DNA of 61,822 nucleotides, counting the filler, from Sphacelaria rigidula (Eukaryota): NCBI GenBank assembly GCA_964200075.2. It is 11 parts of 11 records of this genome, joined end to end, with 100 filler letters (N's around TTAATTAATTAA, not from the genome) between each part and the next. Parts side by side here need not be neighbours in the genome. Positions count along the whole stretch, not along the records: positions 22,520 to 28,048 come from CAXNAA020026596.1; positions 28,149 to 33,677 come from CAXNAA020026597.1; positions 33,778 to 39,306 come from CAXNAA020026598.1; 8 more parts are not named here. One strand, given 5' to 3'. Every line of letters begins with the position of its first letter. Positions within the stretch are counted from its first letter, which is position 1. Both the position numbers and the translations under genes were made by a program. Below the pieces are notes generated by a model that worked only from the letters and a program-made list of their open reading frames with translations, was not told the DNA's origin and searched no databases. Positions 22,613 through 34,630 of this stretch are shown here, in pieces.

Positions 22613-25600
22613 CGTGTATGAGGTCTCCATCTAGCAGTGTGTGTACGTGATCACAGAGGCCGTAGACGGCGAATACACCAACCGGTGTCCCACCTGATGG
22701 CTTCTGGACCCATTGCAGCATGATTTGTGGCTCGGCAGCTTTCACCTGTCGTTTACTCGGAATCACCTCTACGTCTGCGGTCACGTGAATATCCCAGCAC
22801 CTGGTTCATTGAAGGGGGACGATGGAAAGGGGGGGGGGGGGATCCGCGGGAAGAGGGTGTCGTGTTTCACGTATCTTAGCTGTGAGCGCCGCCTGCGTGT
22901 CTTCGAGAGAATGAAGAACCTTCGCGGAAAAGAGTGATCACCGACGTCCAGGTAGTTCCCGCTTGCGAATTTTTCATCGGACAATCGAAAATGTTTCCGG
23001 TACCTGCGCCGGCGCTTCGCCGCGCCAGTCCCATTTTTCTACACCGGGTCTTGACCAAGGGTTGAATCTGAATTGTCTGCGTTGTTGCCTAACCTATTCA
23101 ACGGTTGGCGACAAATAATCACAACTGTGGGCAATATCTAATGCAACCATTGAGGGGAGAGAAAAAAAAAGGGGGGGGAGAGCTTTGCATGACCGACCAA
23201 AAAATACAGCAAGTTTCGACAGTGAAGTAAAGAGGTATACAAAAATTCAAGTTAAGCCACACGAAGTCCTTCGCAACAGTTAGATGTTTGGCATTCGAGA
23301 CGCTCTGTCTTCTTCTTCTTCGCCTTGGTTTGGTGAGAGGAAGTCTCCCGTTGGCCGAAGCAGCTGTGGTTAGAGGGTCACACCTTCCCTGCAAAAACCT
23401 CGCTGAAAACCTCGCCTGATCAACCTGTCCTTTTCTCCAGAGGTGATGAGAAGGTTGAAAGGTGCGGCGTAGGTGACGGCCAATACCTGCCCCACGTGTC
23501 CCTTGACCTGCGCCGGATTCATCGACCGTGCCCTCTGCAGACCTGCGAGGAGCAACTCAGCCATGCGCGTCACAGGCACATTCACGGGCAAAAGCGATGG
23601 AAGGCAGCGCTGTGGGTGAACACGCGCCGAATGGCTGGCTCGGTTTTGCGAGCTTAGGAAACGACCTTGTGTTGATAGTTTTTTTTTAAATTGATTGTCG
23701 CACTTTAACTGACCCCACAGGGACCCAATGTATATGGTAGATCAATATCCTCGTACCCGTTTAATTGTCAGAGCGTGAGACATTGCGGAATACTTTCACT
23801 GGCCTAGTACCACAGCGATGGGCTCCACAGGGTATCATGCCGTCGTGAGCTTTAGGGGCAGGCGAAGGGTGGGTACCTCAGTGTGTGAGGGTGTGTTGCC
23901 ATTCAATCTATTCTAGACGCCAGTTAACACCGTTCGGTGTATTCGGGCGCATCAGCCAGGGTCACGCCAGTTTACAACGTTCGGTATATTTGGGCGCATC
24001 AGCCGGCGTCACACAGGAGGAAGGTCAACACAGGATTTTTTTCCTCAGTACAATCTACTTTACACACGATCGTGACCATTTACGACCGGTACGCAACCTC
24101 GAATTCCTTCAAACTACGACTCGCGGTCGCATTTTATAATTTTATTCGTGATGCCTGTCGGGCCTGTATCATGTTTATTGCACGCTATCAAAACGCAAGT
24201 GACCAATCGTCAACTCCCTCACGAAGCACCCGCGCTTTCCGTTGTGTGTAAAGAGGATTCTACAGACGTGGACCACTTGAAACTGTCTCATCGCCAGTGC
24301 AACACAATGTTTGGCGGTCGTTCATAAAGTAGAGGTGACGCCGACTCGCACAGTTAAGGATCCTGGGCATGATAGAAGTCAAGCTTTCACAGTGTACAGT
24401 GACCCACGGCACCCGTCGAGTAGGGTCACGACTACAACGCAGTAGTACTCACTGTCGAATGTGACGACGAGAAAGGACGGGCTGTTACGGACCAACAATG
24501 CCGCCGCGTCCACCTCCTGTGCTCCCCTCACAACCGTGAACACGATCGTCCGTTCCAATCCGATGATCTTCTCAAAGCATTCCAGTTTGGCGGTGCGTTT
24601 GTGCGCGTGATTGCGCGCGCGCGTTTGTGCGCGCAGGTGTGTACAAAGATCCCCGGCAGATATTCGGGTACGAGACGGCGATACGCAAAGAGTTGTCACC
24701 AAACCCCCAAATTATCGTGGATGTATAGATACACACGTACTGAGAGGTGGGGACCAACCAGTCGATCAATCACCTAGCCAGCCAATCTACCAGCCGGTCA
24801 TGAAAACGATGAATCAATCGAGCATCCAATTTAACACGCATGCGCCGTGACCTCGGAGGCGTTTAACAGGGCCGGCATCGCGGGAGTTGTGCCATACGCC
24901 CGCGAAAAAACAAGTTCGGGCAGACGTTAGGTACCAACGGCACGTATTGTTGTTGGTTTTGTGTGGCGTATTGAACCGAATGTACCTTAGGAACGCGTGC
25001 CGACCCAGTGGGCTTGAATCGTATGTTGTCCCGACAACCAGAGCTTCCAACGGCGTTCCTGAGGCCGCGTCCCGATCGCCGTTGTCGGCCGGCGACACGC
25101 AACGATGGTGATAGCAGAAAAAAAAAAAATCATGCCTACGATCTTCGTAACCGCTTCGGCACCGCGTGTGTTCAACGTGTGACTGTCAGGGGTGTAGGAA
25201 TGACTACTGTTAGAAACTAAAAGGTGGCTCGTGATGTACATGCGCCTACTCTGCTCTACTGAAGGCACCGTTTGCAATGAGTGCGAGAGCTCGGCATACA
25301 CCGTAAGCAGTTTTGAAATAGGAACAGTAGAGCACTGCGGCACCCCACGCACCATGGACGGTCGTGTGGTCGGTCTATCGGGGGGGGGGGGGGAGGGGGG
25401 GCGGCGAACTCATTTGTTGGTCACCTTAGTCCTTTGACCATTGCCCACGCATCCCTTTCGAGACTGAGCACCGTTCTTACTCCTCCTAATCGGGACACCA
25501 TTTGGGCGCTCATTACGCTTCTTCCATACCCTACGGGAGCGCGGGCGGGTACTCATGATTGTGCATGCCGTAGTCATATGACCATTGATCTCGCATCCCT

Positions 25601-27861
25601 ACAAAGCCGGAACGGAGCACGCCGGATTGTCGCTGGACCAAGCCCGCAATCAACCACCAAGCGCGAAGCGCCGTGGTGTGTTTGGCGAGGTGCATGAAGG
25701 GTGAGCTTGAACGACGAGATGTTCTGTCAGGAGTTCAACACAGCAAGCGCTGCTTCTCCCGGTTTGATTACCATTCAACTCCAGCTTTGTTTGTCTCGAG
25801 CACGCGACTCACCCATCGAAGAGCAAGAAGTTTGTGAGCTCATCCCAGGTTGCGGTGACTGCATGTCGAAGGCTCACGAAGTAAAAGAGCCGGCCGAACA
25901 AATCTAACTGAACCCGACGTCCAGTGAAAAGAAAGAGGATACGAGGGGGCGAGAGGGAGGTAGCGGAGGTTGATGGATTGTATAGAAAGAAGCGATTTGA
26001 CGGGTGATATATACGTAATTATGTTTCATAATAGATGACAACTGGTAGGTGTGGTCGTGCGAAATCCGCAACCCAGCTCGTGTGTTATGATATTGCACTG
26101 CTGCTATGAACGAGCCACTGAAGCGGGTGAACCAAACGAGGAACACACATCAACGGCGATAGCAAACCTCATCACTTACCTTCAACGCAGGATGGCACTA
26201 CCCATGGAGTTTTCAATGCACGGAGGGCGGTGCTCTTTTGGCATTATATGTCGTTCTTACACGCCACCATGAACGGGGTATTGTTGCAAGTACTACGAGC
26301 GCTTGTTATCATCTCATGATTATACATCAAGAACACAGCTTGGTTCACCAGTTGCCGTCGCTCCGGGCCAGAAGTAATCAGTGTCGCGGCAGCCTGCGCT
26401 GCTCGCGGTGAAGATGGAGTAGACGCCGCGCCCGGCGTTCCGGTGCGCAAGTTTCCGTCCGTGTTTCCCTGCGCTTCGTACCCTGCGTAAAATGCGTCGC
26501 ACAAGGCCTCGGTGAAGTCATCTCTACCTAGGCTTCCGTCCGCTCGTTCAAAGCGCTCACGCACGAGATCCAGCACGTTGGCTCCCATCTGTGAGGTTCA
26601 AGTTGACCGCTGGCAATTTTTTATTGGCGAAAGCAGTATTTTTAATGCCAGCTTTCGCGACGTGTCGATACTTCTGCCTGCTGATGGTCTTACTGGCGAG
26701 TGAATCTAGCGCAAACGAGCTAAGCTGGTACGCCGTTCCTCTTTTAGGCGATATGAACACCGCTTGCGGGGTCAACCCCTAAGTTACGCTCGTGGTGAAG
26801 GAGCATTTGGTTGTACGACACAAGGACCTCTCGTCGGACGCTTACGCGTCGACTTTGGAGTGCCGCCGCGGTTAACGTCGGATTTCACGCATGTAGCAAT
26901 TGGCGCCATAGCAGCTCACCAAATCTAAGACCTTCCGTTGCACTTCAGTTTCAACGTCAAAAAGTGGGATCGTAGAGCATGGCGTCCCATCGACTCCGGC
27001 GGCACGGCTCATCCCCCACGCTCCTGTTCTGCCACCCCGAGCACCCGAAGTACTACTTACAAGCCCCGAACTGGAGGGTTCGTCACCTCCCGCGGGTGCA
27101 GGTGTGGTAGCCTCCGCCTCTACCGGGTCATTCCCAGCAACCACTTCAGATCTAAGAGGTTGAGGAGGGACCACGGGGGCGTCGTGCCGTACTTGAAAAA
27201 ACATGCGGCGTATGTCGATCAAATGCGTCCTTCACTGTACGTCACCGGCAAGTGCCCATGTGATCACATCATGGCGGCGGTGTTATGATATTCTGTTCGT
27301 GACTCCGTACGACTGCATATCTATGGCTGATGTTGCCGATGGTGCTTCTTCGCACCATGGTATCGCGGTCGACAAAAGGAGGGCAACCTTGGCAAGTGAA
27401 TGACTACAGTATCATCTCGAACTGCCCGCCTTCGGACACCCTTGTTCTGAGGCTTTCAACACGTTCCCCAGCAACAGGGTCGAACCACAACTCTTCGGGC
27501 AGGTCCCCGTGCTCCCCCCGTGATTCACGCATGCGATGGCCAATCCGGACGTACTGCTACAATTCTTCTTCAATTGCCCCCAGGCTAGTATACATATCTC
27601 CTACTTTTGCAGCACGCCCCACCCATTAGTCTGAGTGTCGCCTCCCCCGTATTCGCTTGAACTTGTTTTCCCATCATGATTGCCAAAGCTTGCTGTCGAG
27701 GCTGGTCGTTGTTGTTTGTCCTTGTTAACTAGTTCGCAGACTATTCCCGCAGCCTGCATGACTTGCTCTTGCGCGCGTTCCTCCTCCAAGCGCGCGAGCT
27801 CCGCTGGATAAAAGAACTTCGCATGCTTGGTGACCAGTCGCCAAGGGCGAAGTCCCTGGCC
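22613..27861 (-). CDS. EF-hand plus WD40-repeat protein (WDR49/WDR64/EFCAB8-like architecture), partial multi-exon gene
   Basis: Phase-consistent exons: 27191-26920, 26588-26349, 25907-25813, 25058-24986, 24567-24453, 23542-23416, 22800-22613; a further upstream exon probably starts at 27861. Spliced: KVLDL|MGANVLDLVRERFERADGSLGRDDFTEAL...RRQL|LDLFGRLF...TWDELTNFLL...GHVGQVLAVTYAAPFNLLITSGEKDRLIR|CWDI. Confidence 0.85.
23884..24052 (-). mobile_element. SINE fragment in an intron of the WD40 gene
   Basis: gggcgcatcagccggcgtcacacaggaggaaggtcaacacagga, with a short internal duplication. Confidence 0.75.
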
Positions 27862-27915
27862 CTGCACGCAAGGCAGTACAGATCATTTATTTCAAACACC
27901 CATATTGGTCGCATT

Positions 27916-28048
27916 GGTCGCCCCGGTGGCTCAGTTGGTAACCTCGTCACCTTCTGATGGTTGAGTAGGGGTGTTCGATTCCCGGAGCGATCTGATCTTT
28001 TCTCACACCATGCCCAACAGTGGACAGCGACTATGTCGTGGGTACACA
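27916..28048 (+). mobile_element. tRNA-derived SINE 5' head
   Basis: A box TGGCTCAGTTGG and B box GTTCGATTCC, followed by the SINE body cacaccatgcccaacagtgga. Cut by the contig end. Confidence 0.85.
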
Positions 28049-28703
28049 NNNNNNNNNNNNNNNNNNNNNNNNNNNNNNNNNNNNNNNNNNNNTTAATTAA
28101 TTAANNNNNNNNNNNNNNNNNNNNNNNNNNNNNNNNNNNNNNNNNNNNGACAGATATGCCACTTCAGCCCCATATTTTGTTTGAACCCCAAAATATAAAA
28201 TCGGCTGTTAACTTGCAACATCCCAATCGTGCCACGAGACTGTCTACGAAAGTTCCACGTGACAAGTGGCAAACTTGCGGGGGGTGGGGGGATGCACACA
28301 TGAACGGGGATGAAAGAAGTAGAGCACAACAAGCCGGGAACTCCCATCCCCAATTCCGTCCCCCCCCATTGCCGCCCATATGGAACGCTCAAGGTTTCAT
28401 GCGGGCTGTAACTTTATGTTGGGTGCTGTAGGACCATTTTCTTCGCAACGCCTTTCGGGTGGTTTCGGGGGGGGGGGGGGGGAACTATGGTGGAAACAGT
28501 GTCACTAATGTTATTCATTTCATGTTCGCAACATATTTTTGGGAATATGCGGTGAGCGTAAATCATTCGTACCAGTCATGAAACGCCTCTATGGTGGACA
28601 AAAAGTATACAATATGCTGATGATATGAACACCATGCAAATGTGCACGTGTCTTCAATGAGTAACGCCATAACTGAATATCCACCCTCTGTTTTCCTTGA
28701 CAG

Positions 28704-29829
28704 GCTTTTGGAACGATTGCTTCCAAGGCATCCTGCAAGAACAACGAAGCCCGGGAGGTCATCGACGCCGTGAAAAAAGTGGTCGAGCACCTGAACAAAT
28801 CTGCCAACTCGAAGGTGGGCACGTTGTTGGTCGTGTGCGGATTTGCTGAAGAATGGGAGCTTTATTTGTAAATGATCTGGTCTTTGGCAGCCGGCATTTT
28901 GCTGGCATTTTTTGCAGATGCCATAATGTTCGTCATGAAATTGTTGAGCTGCTAATGTCATTCTCGGCGGTGATTGCTTCAAAAGGTTTGAATTTGGCAA
29001 GAGTGGAATATGTCCTTGTTTCGTCGGTATTGATATCTCGACAAAACGAGTTGCTGGCGATAAGCTTCCTCTGTGTCATGAGTCTGTGCAGTTATGGACA
29101 TTTGATTGTTTGGGTATTTTAACGCTGACGATCATCCCGTAGTTGGGTTCGTTGGAGAGATAACGCGCAGACAACGCTGGCTAAAAAACAAGAGGAGGAA
29201 AAAAAAAGCTTGTTTTCAGTACTAATTTTAGGTCTACATATACCCCATTTTGATCCTTTTCGGTCCACTCATACCCTAATGTTGACCGGTTTTGCACGTT
29301 TTTACATCGAGCACTAGCGATCACATGCTGAAAAATTGTCAGATGGGGTGTGCGTATGTTAACGTCACGGAGATATCATAATCAGTGGTGGTTTTGCGGT
29401 TTTAACATTTTTTAATTTTGTTTTCACGATTTTTCGCGGTTTCCGCCTCTGTTGTGCTTCACTGGGAAAAAACGCGAAAAATGTCCAAATTTTGACCGGC
29501 TCACTTTTCTCGGTCGCGAGTCTGCACGGGTCAAGCACCCATCTTGCAGAAAGAGTATTGTTTTTCGCTCACAAGACGCCAACGAACGCAGTCAAAAAAA
29601 CGAAAATCAAATCGGACTTCGTTGAGGGCTCATATAAACATAACTGCACAGGCTTCTGACACAGAGGAAGTACATGCCCATGCTGTACACATGGACGATT
29701 GCGTTTTATCATTCGCGATACTCCTCGTATTTTTGCCGACACAGTCCGCTGTTGGCGCTTGGTTGGTCAGTATAAACAGGAATCCTTTATTCCGGTGAAA
29801 AATGCGGAGCATGATAGACGCACAAGTGC

Positions 29830-29890
<61 letters not shown>

Positions 29891-31424
29891 ACCCCCAACC
29901 CCACCAACACCGACGCAAACCTCTTCNNNNNNNNNNAAAAAGAATTCTTTTTTTCCGGGAAAAAAGGGGGGAAATAAAGAAACACAAAGGCCCCCCCCCC
30001 CCCCCCCCCCCCCCCCCTCGCTGCCACCCCCTCACCTCACCTCAAAAACAAACAGATCAAATTCGAAGACGTTCAGGCAATGCTCTACGGCAAGAGCAAT
30101 AAGCTGGTCAATGCGGTGCCTCAGCGGTGGATATCAACGTGCGGCGTGCTCCAGACAGTGCTCTCGAACTGGTCGGCACTGGAGGTCCACTACTCGGAGA
30201 ACGAGTCAGTGGCCTTTCCCCTGTCCACCTCAAAGGCGAGCATCGAGGAGCTATTTTCCTTGGTGAAGCCCATTGCGATTCTGATAAAGGCAACTCAGAG
30301 CACTTAGGTGCCGACAGGGATCCAGACGATCCTCGACCTCGTGGTCATCAGGGTGTCTCTGTTGAAGGAAGACAAGCCCCTCCGCATTCTGACTCCCAAG
30401 CGACACGTGACTGCTGCCGTCGAGGTTCGCACCGAGACGGCGCATCCCGTCTTGCGCGAGGAGACGGCTCTTCAGGATGTGACGAAGAAGACCAAGAAGT
30501 TGCTGGCCGCGGCGGTCGGCAAGCGCTCATTCAGATGTTACGACTTGGATGCCCCGGGAGCCAAACCCGACTTACTTCCTCTTCGAGATGGCAACCTGCA
30601 TGAATCCATTCCTCGCCAACCTGAACTTCCTTCCTTCCATCTGCAAGAGCAAGGAGATGGCTGTCCGCGTACGGGCGGTTGTTAGGGATAAGATCATTGA
30701 TCTTATGACGAACATGGCAGAAGAGTGCGAATCAAGCGAGCCCACTACCGTGGGGAGCCCCAGGGCCAGTGGTGCCAACGCGAACGATGCTCGGCCCAAG
30801 AAGAAGAAGCGCCCCAGCGGGGGGCGGGGCCGCTCAAGCACCCCGTCGAAGGCAGCATCAAAGGGGGCCGCGCGCTTATTTGAAAGCGGCATATTCGGGA
30901 ACATCATCAGGGGCAGAGCAGTGGGATCGGCACCGAAGACATAACGACAGCTGTGCGCGGAGGAATTTAACCGCTTCGTGCTTGCTGGACGGGAGGAGAC
31001 CCTGGAGACGAAGCCCATCGAGGGCATGCTCCGCTGCTGGTCCTCGGAGGGCTCACGTCTCTACCCGCTTATGGCGCGCGCAGCCCGAGTGCTGCTGTCA
31101 ATCCCGGCATCCGCGGCCGTCTTGGAGCGCCACTTCAGCACCCCCGGTCGATTGATCACCGAGTGCCGCAACCGTTTGGATGCCGCGCAGAACGAAATGG
31201 TTCCGTTTCTCAGCGGCAGCTACGACAGCATCCTCAAAGAGGTTCCGATGCTGTCGGACGCTCAAGCGTTGGCTGCCGTTCCTGAGCGGCTGAGCAACCC
31301 CTCGGAGAGCGCCAGCAAGCTCTCCGAGGGGCCCGAAGAGGGGGATGATAAGAGCGATGTCGACGACTTCATCGCCGAGCAGAGGGGATACGAGGAAGAA
31401 GACGGTCACGGGGCTGACGGATAG
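28704..31424 (+). pseudogene. hAT-family transposase, intron-containing, disrupted
   Basis: Exon 28704-28814 (VIDAVKKVVEHLNKSANSK) splices in phase (GT 28815...AG 30055) to IKFEDVQ...KLVNAVPQRWIST. Later EMATCMNPF and the dimerisation motif YPLMARAARVLLSIPASAAVLERHFS...RNRL. Stops at 30305 and 30942; frameshift near 30560-30575. Confidence 0.9.
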
Positions 31425-32412
31425 ATAGATAGCCACCGGGATGAGCGGGATGTCCATTTGTTTGCTGTTCGTAAGCGAGATTGACGCAGTTGGAGCGGTC
31501 TCAATATCCCTCGTTCTTGGGTTGCTGCTGTTGCAGGACAATGACAATTCCGTCGACGGCTCGGGAGTGGTGTTTAGTGAGGAGGGGTTTGCAGCTGCCA
31601 CGCCATGATAGTTGATCATATTCGTGCGTATCTTGAGGCAAGAGGAAGCGGGGGAAGCCTTTTTCCAAATCCAGCACCCAAATCTGAAGGTTTCTGCACT
31701 ATAAATATTATATTACCATCACCGTGAAGAGGGAAGGAGTTCTTTTGTTTTTTAGCGAAGGTGTGAAGCTGTTGATGAATGAACTGGGGTGAGATGGAAG
31801 GTGAAGTGGACGGTGATTACTTGCGTGAACTCTGGATTACGATGAGTGATTCGTCGACAGTTCAGTGACTCGATATTTCGGATATTCCATTAATATTCAC
31901 CGATAAGTGTATACATAAATATACGTCAGTGTACTGCTTTTTCGTTCACTGTGAATGGTGGGAGGTCGCCTTCACTTGAATGGAGATCGCATCACGTCGC
32001 GTAGCAACGATAATCGGGTTCGCCTCGATGAAGAAACAGATGTACCGGGGGTACGTCTCTCGGTGGTCGAAATTATGAACCACAGCTCAAGGTTTAGAGG
32101 GAAATATTATAACTTGTAGGGGTACCCTGGGATACCTCGTCGTGGACGATATCATGAAACATTCAAAGATCGCGGGGGAAGGGATGGGGGGAGTGGGGCA
32201 CGCGAAGTGGTATCGTCCTCCCGGTTGTGCGGCTTGAGGTGTGTTTTTGTTTTTGGAACATGCACCATGCGCGTAGTCACTTCCCGGCTCTTCACACGAA
32301 ACGAATCCCCCGGTCCCGCCGTGGGCGGCGACTTGTTCTCGCTCCCCACCCATGATTCATGACTCATCTATGAGTAATCCAGATGGACTATCCGCACCGC
32401 GAGAGTCGTGGG

Positions 32413-32661
32413 GAGTCATCCTACGATAGGGGGGGAGAGTATTTTGGGCCATTTTTTGCTCGAAATTTCGAGTCAGATCGTCGTTGAAAACAGCAACGGT
32501 TGTTCAAACAAGCTTGTTGTGGATCAATAACGCTCATCCGTACTGCCTGACACCGTTTGGAACCAACTACAAGCGCAGCGCAAGCGTGGAAGGATGTCTG
32601 ACACACTTATGAGCCTCGTTTTTCGTGCAACCAAATACCCCCCCCTATCGTAGGATGACTC
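32413..32661. mobile_element. 249-bp MITE with GAG...CTC termini (Sola-like)
   Basis: Perfect TIR GAGTCATCCTACGATAGGGGGGG; TSD not preserved. Confidence 0.8.
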
Positions 32662-33612
32662 GGTGGTGACCTAACTGTTGCTAGCATTGTGCAGAGGGGT
32701 GCGTCAGCTGCGATCTGGAGCATTCGTTGATCTACTCTACCTCCCGTCTGCAGACGTCTGCCTATAGAGGTTGCACTCGGTATTGATATCACATATGTTA
32801 TTCTGTACCCAAATCGGAACACCTTTAAAAATGAAAGAGTTCGTTTTTTCAAAGTACGTCGACATGGTTGAAATGACTCTTCTAACCCGAGGAATTGCCG
32901 CTTCCCGGTCCGCCCGCCATGTTTGAAAGGAGGACAGCATAGTTTTTGAGACCGCATGTAGCGGTCACGGGGGAACACAGAGTTTCTCCTCTATGAAAGT
33001 GCCAGTCTTCCTAACTGCAAACACTTTGGTGCCCGTTGCTTTCTAATAAGAACGTTAAATTGTCGGTTTGTGATGGTACTGTATTGATTCGCAGATGCCA
33101 ATGACAGGAAAGATTCATAGTGAGTGCTGTTCGACATTATCTTCGAACGCTTGAACGGACACACATGGTTGACTCCGTGAGCTTCTCCGATGCTCTGCGT
33201 GCAGGCACCCGCCCCCCCTCAAAAACCACCCCCACTCGAGCTCTGGAAACCCCCGGATGTCTCGGAACTGTCAGCCTGTACAACTGTTCTGAGGCAACGC
33301 TCGCCATCCAAGGGTTCTTTGCTGCTTTTTTACAAATCTCTTTCGCACGAAGAACAAATTGAATATCCGTAACAACAACAAAAAGCCGTGCCTTGATTTC
33401 GCACCATTTAGACATCTTAGTGATCCCTACTTGGAACACATTCAAAAAAACGTCCTCCTATTACAAGCCCACACCCAATCAAACGCCAAGACACTCAATC
33501 TGGCGAAAATGTTGTTCATGATGATGTTTACTTCTCATTGAGAAAAGCTGAGGAGGAAGTTACTCACGACAACAACGTTTTCGTGAGATTGAGAGTAGAG
33601 CGCTGATTGAGA

Positions 33613-33677
33613 GTGTGTGTGTGTGTGTTGTCGTCCCATTTATTCTGGGCACCAGTCTACACCTTTCGGTGTATGTG
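33613..33677 (-). mobile_element. SINE 3' tail
   Basis: (GT)n + ttgtcgtcccatttattctgggcaccagtctacacc. Cut by the contig end. Confidence 0.75.
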
Positions 33678-34413
33678 NNNNNNNNNNNNNNNNNNNNNNN
33701 NNNNNNNNNNNNNNNNNNNNNTTAATTAATTAANNNNNNNNNNNNNNNNNNNNNNNNNNNNNNNNNNNNNNNNNNNNGCGGCTTGGCCGTGCTACTCAGC
33801 GACCTCTTCCAGCTGACCGTGAATTGCATATGGGTCGCTCTTCAGCGCTTTCACACGTGGCCATGGGATTTCCACTTGCTCCGCCATATCTTTGTCGCCG
33901 TATAGTGTGGCTCCCTACGCTCGCCAACCCTTGATGATGCAGCCCGCCAAAATGGTGCACCACTCTGATCCCAAGTATACTGATGTGACATCTTCGCGCA
34001 CCGAACTCGAACTGAAGTATTTCACAGATTCCCAGACAAAAATCACATATATGGGAATTTGTGCTGTTTTGCGAGAGTTTTGTCCATGCATACAATTGGA
34101 CGCACTTCGCCCGTCGCGTGAATTCATCGGACAAATCCAACCCGACCGCTTCGGGGTTTCATTTTCGGTACATCCGTGGCGTATGCTTCTGGAGTCTCTT
34201 TCGGTCTTCCACAGTGAAAATGGTTGCCGTCGCTCTTTTCTTCTTCCATATTTCCTTCTTTTTCACAACTTGTGATAATGAGGCGTCTGGCCTGGGGACG
34301 GGAGGGGAGAGTTCCAAAAGGGTTGATAAACCTGCCAACTAGGACTGAGTATATAGATTGCTCCGAACATTCATTGGCGACTTTTTTTCTCAGCACTGTT
34401 GTGTTGTGTGGTG

Positions 34414-34630
34414 AGACCATTTTTTACGGTTGGTATTGTTGGGGGGGCGTACTTTTATTTTGGGACATTTGACAAGATTTTCGAACCTCCAAACGGGAAA
34501 CATCACCATCAGATGTCTGGAAAAAACTTGCAGACAGCACGTTGGGGGGCTAAAAACCGTGCCGAACATCCCAAAAGTGAAAACTACGCCCTCCCACCCG
34601 CCGCCGCCTAATAACCGTAGTTAAAGGTCT
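34414..34630. mobile_element. MITE-like element with degenerate ~55-bp TIRs
   Basis: agacc...tacggtt...gggcgta.tttt..ttttggg is inverted at 34570-34630. Confidence 0.55.

Noticed and set aside
22630..22680. FAVYGLCDHVHTLL resembles the HUH motif of IS200/RAYT transposases
   Set aside because: It lies in an exon that splices in phase into the WD40 gene, and no other Y1 transposase motifs are present.
27916..27995. tRNA gene
   Set aside because: A and B boxes are present but there is no proper cloverleaf, and the sequence continues into a shared SINE body.
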